Positions 20,130 to 29,963 of a DNA stretch of 64,000 bases are shown in pieces (positions within the stretch are counted from its first letter, which is position 1; every line of letters starts with the position of its first letter). A program made the translations under genes and the position numbers. This DNA is from an uncultured Verrucomicrobiae bacterium (GTDB lineage: Bacteria > Verrucomicrobiota > Verrucomicrobiia > Chthoniobacterales > UBA10450): positions 160,001 through 224,000 of the forward strand of contig CAVTMK010000002.1 of NCBI GenBank assembly GCA_963735805.1, read 5' to 3'. The notes below the pieces were generated by a model, which was not told where the DNA came from, did no database searches, and was given only the letters and a program-made list of their open reading frames with translations.

Positions 20130-20483
20130 GTGCGTCGTAAGCGGCATCGATCGGCCGAGCGGGAACTCCACCATAACGTTTATGTTGTTCTACTTTCCAA
20201 AGCTGCGCTGAAAGATTTGTCGATCTTGCGGCGCAATCCGGAGCGCGATGCATCCAAACCAGCCGTTTACGTTGGAATGACCGGATTGCCAGTGGATCAT
20301 CGATTTGAAAATCACAAGAACGGATACAAATCAGCCCGGCTGGTCAGGAAATATGGTGTTCGATTGTTGCCGGAGCTGTTTGAGCATTTGAACCCGATGC
20401 CGTACGAACATGCGGTTCAAATGGAGAAAGACCTGGCCGACGATCTTCGCGCTCAAGGTTACGCCGTTTGCGGTGGAACCTAA
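20130..20483 (+). CDS. Stand-alone GIY-YIG-like nuclease domain protein
   Basis: NVYVV...VYVGMTG...RFENHKNG...E pattern. Confidence 0.65.
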   Translation: MRRKRHRSAERELHHNVYVVLLSKAALKDLSILRRNPERDASKPAVYVGMTGLPVDHRFENHKNGYKSARLVRKYGVRLLPELFEHLNPMPYEHAVQMEKDLADDLRAQGYAVCGGT

Positions 20484-20497
20484 TTACGAGTTTCCCG

Positions 20498-20521
20498 GCC
20501 GCGGTCAGCGACCGCGGCTAC
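20498..20521 (-). repeat. REP-like family A copy overlapping the HAD gene stop codon
   Basis: gccgcggtcagcgaccgcggctac; CTA at 20518-20520 is the TAG stop. Confidence 0.8.
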
Positions 20522-21174
20522 AGTTCTTTGCGAATAAGTTGGGGTAATTCTTTCAAGCTGCCGAGGACGTAGTCCGCTTCTTTTTCATACTCAGCGGGAT
20601 CGACGAAACGCCGGTCGGGGATCGCAGCGACGCGCATCTTTGCCGCCCTGGCCGCTGCGACACCGGGAAGCGCGTCTTCAACCACAAGGCATTTTTCAGG
20701 AGGAATCCGGAGCTTCTTAGCCGCGTCGAGGTAGATGTCCGGCGCCGGTTTGCCGTGTTCGACTTCTTCGCCTGTAACAATGACCTCGAAGAATCCGGTC
20801 AGTTGGTGTCGATCCAAGAATGGTCGAGCTGACGCGCCGACCGAGCTTGTGGCCACGGCGAGATGTAGTTTCATTCGCCGCAGTTCTTTCAATACTTCTT
20901 TTACGTTGGCAAAGAGGCCGACCCGATCGGCAAAGAACTCCGTCGCGATCTCACCGCGACGCCGCATCATTTCCTCGGTGGGCGCAGAGAGGCCAAACGC
21001 TTTTTTGTAAAACTCGACCGCGAGCCGGTAGTTCACTCCGACCACGTTCTGGTGATATTCGCCACGGTACGCCACGCCGTACCCGGCAAGCAGTTTCGCA
21101 TCGATTTCGTTCCACCACGTCTCCGAGTCTGCGAGCACGCCGTCGAGATCGAAGATTATTGCGGATACCATCAC
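20518..21174 (-). CDS. HAD family phosphatase
   Basis: FDLDGVLADS, ATSS, GKPAPDIY, VVEDALPG. Confidence 0.9.
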   Translation of the reverse strand: MMVSAIIFDLDGVLADSETWWNEIDAKLLAGYGVAYRGEYHQNVVGVNYRLAVEFYKKAFGLSAPTEEMMRRRGEIATEFFADRVGLFANVKEVLKELRRMKLHLAVATSSVGASARPFLDRHQLTGFFEVIVTGEEVEHGKPAPDIYLDAAKKLRIPPEKCLVVEDALPGVAAARAAKMRVAAIPDRRFVDPAEYEKEADYVLGSLKELPQLIRKEL

Positions 21175-21256
21175 AGAAATTGAGAGGTTGGCGCGCGCTG
21201 ATGCGCGCGGTTAACTCGTCACTTGCTATTCGTTGACGGTTCGAAGCCGTGCAACT

Positions 21257-22126
21257 TTACAGACTTTGCAGTAGCTGGGTAAGGTCGTGGCGGAAACCGG
21301 TTTCAGAACCGTTGTAGCCAATGTGCGTTAAACGCACATTCCCCGCGCGGTCGATCACCATCAGGCTGGGAAAACCGCTCAAACCAAGTGCGTGCATCGT
21401 TCTCTGATCAGGATCAAACGCGACCGGCAGAGAAATGTGGCGACGCCGCACAAATGCTCGCACCCGCTCGGTCGTATCGCCGCCTTTGTTCGTACCGACG
21501 AGCACGAATTCAATGTCGCGATTACTTTGTAGATCGTCGTGAATGCGCTCCAGTTCCGGCAACTCTGCGATACATGGAGAACACCAGGTCGCAAAAAAAT
21601 CGAGCACGAGAATTTTGCCCGGTGTCGCACTGGTTGGCACTGAACCCTGGCTAATCGGTTGCAAAGTGAACGGCGGCGCGGCGCCGTTGCTCACACGCGT
21701 CAACGCTCGCTGCATTTCCACCGGAATGTAGAAAACACAATACCAGGCTGAGACAGCGACTAATATTAAAGCGCCACCAATTCTGATTGCGTTGCCGAAT
21801 CGATTCCGGAATACGAGCAAGGTAACAATCGCCGCCCACAATAGAAGAGTTGGCCAGAGCATCGGTGTTTGCGTCAGGACGAAGAACGCGAACAAAAACG
21901 TCGAAGCGAAAAGAAGCAAAACAGCGGCGATCCAATCTTCCCGCGTTTTCGCCCCCGGTACAAATGCGGCAACAGCAAACAGTAACGCGCCGCTAAGGTA
22001 AAGGAGACGAAGATCGTCCGAGATTACGAGCGCGATGCCAAATACAACCGCGGCGATAATAATACCAATCCCGAATGCAACGAGTCGGATCTTCCAGTTC
22101 GCGCGATGTGCGGGCATTGAATCCAT
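21257..22126 (-). CDS. Membrane-anchored TlpA-type thiol-disulfide oxidoreductase
   Basis: Multiple N-terminal TMs; LDFFATWCSPCIAELP. Confidence 0.85.
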   Translation of the reverse strand: MDSMPAHRANWKIRLVAFGIGIIIAAVVFGIALVISDDLRLLYLSGALLFAVAAFVPGAKTREDWIAAVLLLFASTFLFAFFVLTQTPMLWPTLLLWAAIVTLLVFRNRFGNAIRIGGALILVAVSAWYCVFYIPVEMQRALTRVSNGAAPPFTLQPISQGSVPTSATPGKILVLDFFATWCSPCIAELPELERIHDDLQSNRDIEFVLVGTNKGGDTTERVRAFVRRRHISLPVAFDPDQRTMHALGLSGFPSLMVIDRAGNVRLTHIGYNGSETGFRHDLTQLLQSL

Positions 22127-22231
22127 ATAGTTCCCTTTTCCGATTTGATGCGGCTGCGCCTCGGTCTGGATTCACGCAAAACATGGAGAGCTTGTTGCGG
22201 GTTCCTCCGTCGCAGAAGAGAGTGGCGGCTT

Positions 22232-25200
22232 ATGCGATCGCTTCGCAATGCAATCGTGATCGGATCCGCGATCTTTTTGGGACTTGGGCAGGCGCGCGCT
22301 GGAGAGTTCGATTCGATCTTGCGCTGGCGGAACATCGGACCGTACCGCGGCGGTCGGACACGAGCGATCGCGGGGGTCCCGTCGCAGCCCAATGTTTTCT
22401 ACATGGGGCCGGTGAACGGCGGCGTTTTCAAATCGATTGATTACGGCCGGACGTGGGAGCCGATCTTCGATGATCAGCCAACGGCGTCAGTCGGCGCGAT
22501 CGCTGTTTCGATCTCAAATCCGAACGTTGTTTACGTTGGCAGCGGCGAAGGATTGCATCGGCCAGATCTTTCGATCGGCGACGGCATTTATAAATCGACT
22601 GACGCTGGAAAGACGTGGACGCATCTCGGACTGCGCAACGGTCAGCAGATCGCGCAGCTAGCTGTCGATCCTAAAAACCCGGATCGCATCTTTGTGGCTG
22701 TAGCTGGTCATCCCTATGGGCCTAACGAAGAGCGCGGCATTTATCGATCGCTCGATGGCGGCAAAACGCTCGAAAAAGTTCTGTATCGTGATGAAAACGT
22801 CGGCGCCAGCGATGTGCTTATCGATCCGGACAATCCGCAAATTGTTTACGCCGGGTTGTGGGAATCGCGAGAAGGACCATGGGAAAACGGAGTGTTCAAC
22901 GGAGACGGCGGCGGCATTTTTAAATCCACAGACGGCGGCAAGACGTGGCGCCAATTAACCAAAGGGCTGCCGGCCCACATCGTCCAGGCGAACATCGCGA
23001 TTGCGCCAAGCACGCCGAAAACATTGTTCGCAGCGGTCCGGACAAAAACGGTCTCCAAACTTTATCGCTCGGACGATGCCGGCGAAACCTGGAGCGGGAC
23101 AACAGACGATCCGCGGCCGGGACTTGGAATCGGCGGTGGCGACCTTCCGGTGGTACGGTTCGATCCAAAAAATCCGCAGATCGTGTACTCGGCGAGCATC
23201 GTTTGTTGGAGATCGACAGACGGCGGTAAAACCTGGGACGGCTGGCGCGGCGCACCGGGCGGTGACGATTATCAAAACGTTTGGATCAATCCGAACAACT
23301 CAGACATTATTCTTCTCGGTGCGGACCAGGGCGCGATCGTCACCGTGAACGGCGGCAAGAGTTGGAGCTCGTGGTATAACCAGCCGACGGCGCAGTTGTA
23401 TCACGTCAGCGCGGACAATGCGTTTCCGTATCGGCTTTACAGCGGCCAACAGGAAAGCGGTTCGGTCGGAATCAAAAGCCGCGGCGACGAGGGCGAGATT
23501 ACGTTCCGCGACTGGCAGCCGGTTGCGGCCGAGGAATACGGTTACGTCGTTGCCGATCCGCTCGACGCGGAAATTATCATCGGCGGCAAGCTGACCCGAT
23601 TCGATCGCCGAACCGGTCAGGCGCAAAATATACTTCCCGTGCCGGTCCAAACAGAAGGCTTCCGGATGTTGCGAACCGAGCCGGTTGTCTATTCGCCGCT
23701 GGATCCGCATCTGCTCTTTTTTGCTGGAAACACGCTTTGGCAAACACCCGATCGCGGCGATCACTGGGAAAAGATCAGCCCGGATTTGTCGCGACCGAAT
23801 TGCGAGCTGCCTGTGAGCATTGGAAAATACAAGGAGGACGCGATGAAGCAGGTTCATCGGCGCGGCGTGATTTACACTGTTGCGCCGTCACCGCTCGACG
23901 CAAACCGGATCTGGTGCGGGACCGACGACGGTTTGATTCATCTGACGACCGACGCCGGAAAAACCTGGACCAACGTGACGCCTCCGAACATTTCCGCGTG
24001 GCAAAAAATTTCACTAATCGAAACCGGACATTTCGATTCGAACACCGCTTACGCGGCGGTCAACACCATGCGAATCGACGATCAGCGGCCGCACATTTTT
24101 GCGACGCACGATGGAGGAAAAACGTGGACCGAAATTGCGACTGGCGTACCCGCCGGCGAAATCGTTAACGCAATTCGTGAAGATCCCGAACGGAAAGGTC
24201 TCCTGTTCGCTGGAACCGAAAAGGGCGTTTATGTCTCGTTCGATGACGGAGCGAATTGGGAATCGTTGCGATTAAATCTGCCGGCGAGTTCCGTGCGGGA
24301 TCTAATTGTTAAAAACGACGATCTTATCGTGGCAACGCATGGTCGCGGGTTCTGGATCCTGGATAACATCACACCGCTGCGGCAATTCGCAGCTGAAGCC
24401 GGGGTCGCCGTCCCCGGTGAACGCGTCGCCTCGGGCACAGTTGCGGTCCGCGCCCGCGGCTACAACGAGAATCTGCTCTTTAAACCGCAGACCGCGTTGC
24501 GTATTCGCGCGAACCTGAACACGGACACGCCCTTGCCACCTGACGAACCGGCCGGAGAAAATCCGACAGACGGCGCGATGATCGATTATTTCCTTTCGAA
24601 GGATGCGACCGGTCCGGTAACCATCGAGATCAAAGACGGCAAAGGTCAATTAATTAGAAAATATTCCAGCACGGATGCGCTTGTAGAGGCGAATCCGCAG
24701 CGACTTAGAATTCCAAGGTACTGGATTCGCCCGCTGCAATCGGTTGCTACCAAATCAGGCATGCATCGGTTTCTGTGGGATATGCATTACACGCCCATCC
24801 CCGGTGTTGAACCAGAGTTTCCGATGCAAGCGACGTATGGCAACACGGCGCCAACTGCGACATCGCCATGGATATTGCCGGGGGATTACACGGTTGCGTT
24901 GACTGTTGACGACAAAACTTTCAACCAACCGTTGAACGTCACAATGGATCCACGGGTGAAAAGCTCGGCCGCCGATCTTCAGGAACAGTTCGATCTTTCG
25001 TGGCAGTTGTATCAGCTGCGCCTCAAGCTGGCGCCGATCGGCAAGAAGTTCGACGAAATCGCCGAGCAGTTAACGAAACTCAGAGCAAAGGCCGCGGAGC
25101 GACCTGACATCACACAAAAACTGGAGGCTTTTGCTCAAACCCTGATGAAGTTTGGGCCACCGCATCCGCGGCCAGGTGCTCCACCTTCCCTTTTCGTTTT

Positions 25201-25402
25201 GGAATCGACGACGCGGCTGTTTAACGACGTCCAAGGCGCAGATGCTGCGCCAACACCCGCGGTCAAGGCAGCTGTCGCGGATCTGCAAACAAAAATCGGA
25301 CCGACGATGGACGCGTGGCAGAAATTACTCGAATCCGATCTACCCGCGTTCAATCAGCAATTGAAGCAGGCGGGGTTTCTGGAAATCAAAAAAGAGGGTT
25401 GA
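22232..25402 (+). CDS. Secreted BNR/Asp-box (VPS10-like) glycosyl hydrolase-related protein
   Basis: WRNIGPYRGGR; many SxDGGKTW Asp-boxes; ATHGRGFWILD. Confidence 0.85.
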   Translation: MRSLRNAIVIGSAIFLGLGQARAGEFDSILRWRNIGPYRGGRTRAIAGVPSQPNVFYMGPVNGGVFKSIDYGRTWEPIFDDQPTASVGAIAVSISNPNVVYVGSGEGLHRPDLSIGDGIYKSTDAGKTWTHLGLRNGQQIAQLAVDPKNPDRIFVAVAGHPYGPNEERGIYRSLDGGKTLEKVLYRDENVGASDVLIDPDNPQIVYAGLWESREGPWENGVFNGDGGGIFKSTDGGKTWRQLTKGLPAHIVQANIAIAPSTPKTLFAAVRTKTVSKLYRSDDAGETWSGTTDDPRPGLGIGGGDLPVVRFDPKNPQIVYSASIVCWRSTDGGKTWDGWRGAPGGDDYQNVWINPNNSDIILLGADQGAIVTVNGGKSWSSWYNQPTAQLYHVSADNAFPYRLYSGQQESGSVGIKSRGDEGEITFRDWQPVAAEEYGYVVADPLDAEIIIGGKLTRFDRRTGQAQNILPVPVQTEGFRMLRTEPVVYSPLDPHLLFFAGNTLWQTPDRGDHWEKISPDLSRPNCELPVSIGKYKEDAMKQVHRRGVIYTVAPSPLDANRIWCGTDDGLIHLTTDAGKTWTNVTPPNISAWQKISLIETGHFDSNTAYAAVNTMRIDDQRPHIFATHDGGKTWTEIATGVPAGEIVNAIREDPERKGLLFAGTEKGVYVSFDDGANWESLRLNLPASSVRDLIVKNDDLIVATHGRGFWILDNITPLRQFAAEAGVAVPGERVASGTVAVRARGYNENLLFKPQTALRIRANLNTDTPLPPDEPAGENPTDGAMIDYFLSKDATGPVTIEIKDGKGQLIRKYSSTDALVEANPQRLRIPRYWIRPLQSVATKSGMHRFLWDMHYTPIPGVEPEFPMQATYGNTAPTATSPWILPGDYTVALTVDDKTFNQPLNVTMDPRVKSSAADLQEQFDLSWQLYQLRLKLAPIGKKFDEIAEQLTKLRAKAAERPDITQKLEAFAQTLMKFGPPHPRPGAPPSLFVLESTTRLFNDVQGADAAPTPAVKAAVADLQTKIGPTMDAWQKLLESDLPAFNQQLKQAGFLEIKKEG
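24395..24463. repeat. In-frame inverted REP pair inside coding sequence
   Basis: gaagccggggtcgccgtccccggt ... gttgcggtccgcgcccgcggctac (69 bp). Confidence 0.6.
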
Positions 25403-25413
25403 ACAGACAACCT

Positions 25414-25437
25414 GTAGGCGCGGCCGTTGACCGCGCC
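25414..25437 (+). repeat. GTAG REP-like copy
   Basis: gtaggcgcggccgttgaccgcgcc. Confidence 0.55.
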
Positions 25438-25442
25438 CTGTA

Positions 25443-25724
25443 TTACCGCCAGTGATTACGTGAACGCCAATAGGCCTGGCGTCCGTAGAACCGATGGGCA
25501 CCATAGAACCCAAAACGCGGTCGATAATAGCGATAACCCGGCGCAACGACGGCTCCAAGGACAGGTAGAGGAACATATACAACGGGTCGCGGCGGCGCGT
25601 AATTGTAAATCGGCGCGGGAGCACGGTAAGGCTCAATCATCTCGGTGCCGGCATTCAAGCGCGGACAAGATGCAAACCCGAACGCCAGAACCGTCAACGC
25701 CATCACCGCAAATTTCTTTCCCAT
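25443..25724 (-). CDS. Small secreted Pro/Tyr/Arg-rich hypothetical protein
   Basis: Signal-like N-terminus MGKKFAVMALTVLAFG; low-complexity PYRAPAPIYNYAPP...YYRPRF. Confidence 0.55.
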   Translation of the reverse strand: MGKKFAVMALTVLAFGFASCPRLNAGTEMIEPYRAPAPIYNYAPPRPVVYVPLPVLGAVVAPGYRYYRPRFGFYGAHRFYGRQAYWRSRNHWR

Positions 25725-25796
25725 GAGTCGATATTTCTCCCGGTTGTTTGGCGGATTCAACCCAGCAATCGCGGCGAAGTTTCCTAAGAAATTGCC

Positions 25797-25819
25797 GTTG
25801 CAGCTAACGGCGCGGCTAC
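25797..25819 (-). repeat. REP-like family A degenerate copy
   Basis: gttgcagctaacggcgcggctac. Confidence 0.5.
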
Positions 25820-25830
25820 AGCTTTAAAAA

Positions 25831-26433
25831 CTACGGGGTGGCGACCTTTTTTTCGAAAAGCGACGCGTATGCTTCGTAACCTCTGTCTTTGATTTCTTCG
25901 ACCGGAACGAAATGAAAGGCAGCCGAGTACACGACGTAACGTTGTCCCGTGGGTGATTTCGGGTCGGGAAAGACATAGCCAAGATGGGCGTTACTTCGTT
26001 TGGCATGGACCTCGGTCCGCTGCATGTCGTGCGAACTATCCATGCTCTCGCCGAGAAGATCTTTTGAGATCGGCTTGGCAAACGTGGGGAACCCGACGCC
26101 GGCGTCGAATTTGTCGATCGAAGTGAAGAGCGGTTCACCGGTAATGACGTCGACGTAGAGGCCAGTCTTCTCATTGTTCCAGAACTGATTTTGGAAAGCC
26201 CTTTGGCTGCCACCCCCGCGTACGACGGAATATTCCTCTTCCTTCAGCCGTTGTTTCAAGACGGTGTCGCTGGGGACGGGCCGGTTCGGATCGAAAGTTG
26301 TGGTCTCCTTCTTTTCTTTTTGCGCGAGAAAGAAGAAGTAGAGTCCACCGGCGATGAGCAAGATGGCAATGCCAACGCCCACGTACGTGCTAATGGCGGA
26401 TTTTTCCTCGCTGGTGATTCGCCCCCCGTGCAT
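25831..26433 (-). CDS. Membrane-anchored MsrB (SelR)-fold protein lacking catalytic Cys
   Basis: GLYVDVITGEPLFTSIDKFDAGVGFPTF, RTEV, HLGYVFPD, RYVVYS in place of RYCxNS; no Cys in the protein. Confidence 0.85.
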   Translation of the reverse strand: MHGGRITSEEKSAISTYVGVGIAILLIAGGLYFFFLAQKEKKETTTFDPNRPVPSDTVLKQRLKEEEYSVVRGGGSQRAFQNQFWNNEKTGLYVDVITGEPLFTSIDKFDAGVGFPTFAKPISKDLLGESMDSSHDMQRTEVHAKRSNAHLGYVFPDPKSPTGQRYVVYSAAFHFVPVEEIKDRGYEAYASLFEKKVATP

Positions 26434-26607
26434 CAGATCGCCTTCAACATGATTGAATCAGAGGTTGGACGCGTCAGTCAAGACGGAACAGGTCTTGATC
26501 TTCACTTTTGGCAGTTGGGGCGTCTCATATAGTAGCCAAGGCGCTATGGACCGTTCTAGTTCGTGCGACTACCGATCGTCGACGGCCTGCGCTTAGGCTC
26601 AGGCTAA

Positions 26608-28161
26608 CTACGGCGACGGGCGAGGCCGTGGAGTGGGGCGGGGCCGCGGAGTAGCTCGTGGCGTCACAGTTGGGGTGGCTGTTGGTGTTACGGTCGGGCT
26701 CGGGCCAGGTGTTACACTCGGGCTCGCAGTAGGCGTTGGTGTCACAGTTGAGGTTGGCGTTGCAGTGGGCGTCGGTGTCGGCGTCGGCACTGGAAGACCT
26801 TCGGCGTCGAGGTAGCGGGCCAGTGCAAGGTCGGCGAACAGCTCGAGGCCGGTCGCCTGGAAACCGACAGCCACAATCTTCCCATCGGGCTGAAAAACGG
26901 CTCCGTTGGCTCCGCCATTCAAATCACCAAACGAAGTCCTGACTTTGCCGCCGGCGCCAAACGTCGGATCGAGTGAGCCGTCCGAGGTCAAACGCGCCAG
27001 CAAGAAATCGGAATCGGACGATTCTGTGTTCGCGTAACCGACGGTGATGATTTTGCCATTAGGCTGCAGAAGAACTTTGTTGGCGCTCTGGCAACAGCTG
27101 CCGAAGTCGATTTGCGTCATCCCGCCGGTACCGAAGTTGGTGTCGAGAACTCCGCGGGAGTCATAACGCGCGACAGCGAAATTCTGGACTCCTCCGTTTT
27201 GAGAGATAGCGAATCCAGCAGCGACAATCCGGCCGTCGGGTTGAAGCGCGGCCGAGCGCGCGCGATCGAAGTTTTGATCGCCGAAGTCAGTGTGCACTCT
27301 TCCAGCCACGCCGAATGTCGTATCGAGGGCGCCATTACTGAGATAACGCACCGCGGCGAAGTCGTAGAAAGCCGCAGGATCATTGGCGGAGCCGACCGCG
27401 ACAATTTTTCCGTCGGGTTGGATCAAGACCGAAAAAGCATCGTCTTCCAAACCGAAAAAATCGGTTGAAACCTGGCCGCCATTACCAAATGTGGCGTCCG
27501 CGGTTCCATCCGGATTGTAGCGTGCCAGCGCAAAATCGGTATTGGAAGAATCGCCAGGATTGAACTTAACGAAGACGGTCCCGGCGGCAATGATCTTGCC
27601 GTCAGGCTGCAAGGCCACGTCAGACGCGTAACTACCCTCTGGAAAAGTCGTCGTTACAATGCCGCCCTCTCCAAAGGAAGCATCGAGCAATCCGTTCGAG
27701 TTGTAACGGACCACTTTGAAATCGCCTAGGAACGTAAAAAGCGGAAAGGCACCGCCCGCGACCACGATCTTTCCGTCGGGTTGAACGACGACCGATGACG
27801 CCACCGCAGCCAGGCCGGGGAAATCTGTTTGCACTTTGCCGGCCACGCCGAAAGTTTTGTCCAGCGTGCCATCCGGATTGTAGCGGGCGATGGCGAAATC
27901 TTCGCCGGAAAAGTCATTGTTGATATACGTCGTCCCGACGACAACCAATTTCCCATCCGCCTGAATGGCCACCGCATTAGCGATATCTGTGCTGTGATCA
28001 AAATCGGTCAGCACTTTACCCTCGGTCCCGAATGTCGGATCAACGTCTCCATCGGCTGCTTGCGCGATCTGTCCACTCGTTATCAGGACCGTTACTGCCG
28101 AGGCACAGATCATCAGGACGTGAGTGGTGAGCGCGCATCGTTGTGAGACGGCGACTTGCAT
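26608..28161 (-). CDS. Secreted delta-60 repeat (DUF5122-like) beta-propeller protein with PT-rich tail
   Basis: 7x DxTFGxxG...QPDGKIVxxG...FALARY; C-terminal (PT)[14 protein letters not shown]. Confidence 0.85.
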   Translation of the reverse strand: MQVAVSQRCALTTHVLMICASAVTVLITSGQIAQAADGDVDPTFGTEGKVLTDFDHSTDIANAVAIQADGKLVVVGTTYINNDFSGEDFAIARYNPDGTLDKTFGVAGKVQTDFPGLAAVASSVVVQPDGKIVVAGGAFPLFTFLGDFKVVRYNSNGLLDASFGEGGIVTTTFPEGSYASDVALQPDGKIIAAGTVFVKFNPGDSSNTDFALARYNPDGTADATFGNGGQVSTDFFGLEDDAFSVLIQPDGKIVAVGSANDPAAFYDFAAVRYLSNGALDTTFGVAGRVHTDFGDQNFDRARSAALQPDGRIVAAGFAISQNGGVQNFAVARYDSRGVLDTNFGTGGMTQIDFGSCCQSANKVLLQPNGKIITVGYANTESSDSDFLLARLTSDGSLDPTFGAGGKVRTSFGDLNGGANGAVFQPDGKIVAVGFQATGLELFADLALARYLDAEGLPVPTPTPTPTATPTSTVTPTPTASPSVTPGPSPTVTPTATPTVTPRATPRPRPTPRPRPSP

Positions 28162-28340
28162 AGATTTTCCTTTGCTTTCCTTGAAGTCTCATAACGAGGT
28201 GGGTCGTCTCTTCCAAACGCAGCGTAGTAACAAACCTGTTACAATTGTGAAGCGGTGAAATGAGGCTACCTCTCAATACAGCAGAACTGAAAGAGACCGG
28301 TAAATTGCTGCGCGGCCAATTCAGATATTTCTTGGGTGTC

Positions 28341-28841
28341 ATGTCGATCGTTACAACCTATCTTGAAATGGGTTCACCGGACCAACTCCGCCCGAAGCGA
28401 TGCGCGAATCCGCGGTTCGAAGTGCGCGAGAAGAAAGAGCGCGATTGGCGGTTTAATCGGGACCTCTATCTGGCTGTTGGCGAAATGTGGGCGTGGAACG
28501 ACAGACGCGCGTGGAGCGACGAGCAATGGAAGGAGTACGGCCTTACACCGGAGTTACGGACTTTCGCCGCGTATTACGACAACTCGCTTGCAGGCTATTA
28601 TGAACTGCGTGGCGACGATGAAGGAGGCGTTGAGATCGCTTACTTTGGTTTGCTACCAGGGTTTATCGGTCGGGGGCTGGGAGGAGCATTGTTAACCAGC
28701 GCGATCGAAGAAGCGTGGCGAACGTCTCCTCTGGTCTCCCGCGTCTGGGTGCATACCTGCACGCTTGATCATTCGAGTGCGTTAAGCAATTACCAGGCTC
28801 GCGGCATGGTGATTTATAAGCGGGAAATAACAGAAACCTGA
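28341..28841 (+). CDS. GNAT family N-acetyltransferase
   Basis: EIAYFGLLPGFIGRGLGG, VWVHTCTLDH, NYQARG. Confidence 0.85.
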   Translation: MSIVTTYLEMGSPDQLRPKRCANPRFEVREKKERDWRFNRDLYLAVGEMWAWNDRRAWSDEQWKEYGLTPELRTFAAYYDNSLAGYYELRGDDEGGVEIAYFGLLPGFIGRGLGGALLTSAIEEAWRTSPLVSRVWVHTCTLDHSSALSNYQARGMVIYKREITET

Positions 28842-28962
28842 AGATTTTTGCCGTTGTCGCTGGACTGCGATGCCTGTGGACATGTGCGATGCCCACCAAC
28901 AAGCCGCACGGTTCATGGAAACCATGCGGCTTTTTATTCGTGATATTTCAGGAACGCGCGGC

Positions 28963-29328
28963 TTAATCGACAACGACGTGGTCGACCATACGCAGATCGC
29001 CCATGTTCACATAAAAAACACGAACGCGAGTGCCGGGTTTGATCGCGGTTTGGATCACTTCGCCGTACTTGTTCACGACGTGACCAGGTCCGTTGAGCAC
29101 ATAAGTGCCTGGACTATTCGAATTGTCCTCGCGAACGACCAGAGTTTTGACCGGCTGGTAATTAGCAGCCGATCCATCCTGAATCGCCGTGATGATCGTT
29201 CCCGTCACCGTTATCGGTTGTTCTGTGACACTTGTTGTTTGTTGATTTTGTGTCGAACGCGACTGGGCGAATGCCACCGGTGCAATGAGTGCGCCGCAGG
29301 CGAGTATAACAATTGTCTTGTTGATCAT
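28963..29328 (-). CDS. Secreted hypothetical protein
   Basis: AAAGGAGG RBS; signal peptide ending VAFA. Confidence 0.7.
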   Translation of the reverse strand: MINKTIVILACGALIAPVAFAQSRSTQNQQTTSVTEQPITVTGTIITAIQDGSAANYQPVKTLVVREDNSNSPGTYVLNGPGHVVNKYGEVIQTAIKPGTRVRVFYVNMGDLRMVDHVVVD

Positions 29329-29540
29329 AATGGCCTCCTTTGTTGTTGCTAACGCTACGCTCGTTAGACATTCGGCTTAACTTCACCGTTCAACATTCGT
29401 TAGGCCGGATCGGTTTTGCTCACCACCTCCAAACCGGTTTGGTAACAGAGTTGTTACCACTCTGCGAATGCCCGTCCCGGACGGCTTCCCGTCAAACGTT
29501 GCCATCAAGGCATTACTTGTGGTTGTCTCTGTTTGCAGTG

Positions 29541-29853
29541 ATGGCCCGAGAATTCAAACCCGTGCGGTTTTTTGTGATGATGGCAGTTACGGCGTTTGTC
29601 GTCTGTGGAGTGACGGCCTTTTACACTCACGGCGACTCAGGGCAGAACTGCGGAAGAGCGGTCAGCCTATGCAATCGGGGTGAAAGCGGGAGAGAGCGCC
29701 TCCGTGGACGCTACGTTGCCGACGGCCGCTGAGTTAAATATGATGGCTCAAAAGTATTTCAAACAGCAAGGCACCGGTGACCAGCAGAATTGGGACATGG
29801 GCTTCGAAAACGGTTATGCGGATGGGTTTAAGAAAACGCATCGGTCGCCGTGA
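29541..29853 (+). pseudogene. Frameshifted small membrane-anchored hypothetical gene
   Basis: MAREFKPVRFFVMMAVTAFVVCGVTAFYTH continues in the +1 frame from ~29632 as ATQGRTAEERSAYAIG...GFENGYADGFKKTHRSP*. Confidence 0.55.
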
Positions 29854-29963
29854 ACGACCGTAGTCTTGTTTTCGAAGTGAACTATCCACGGCGCTTGTGC
29901 GCCGCGACCGACACGCGGCTGGATTTTGAACGGCTATCGTCGCGCAACTGTCTAGGTTTCACC

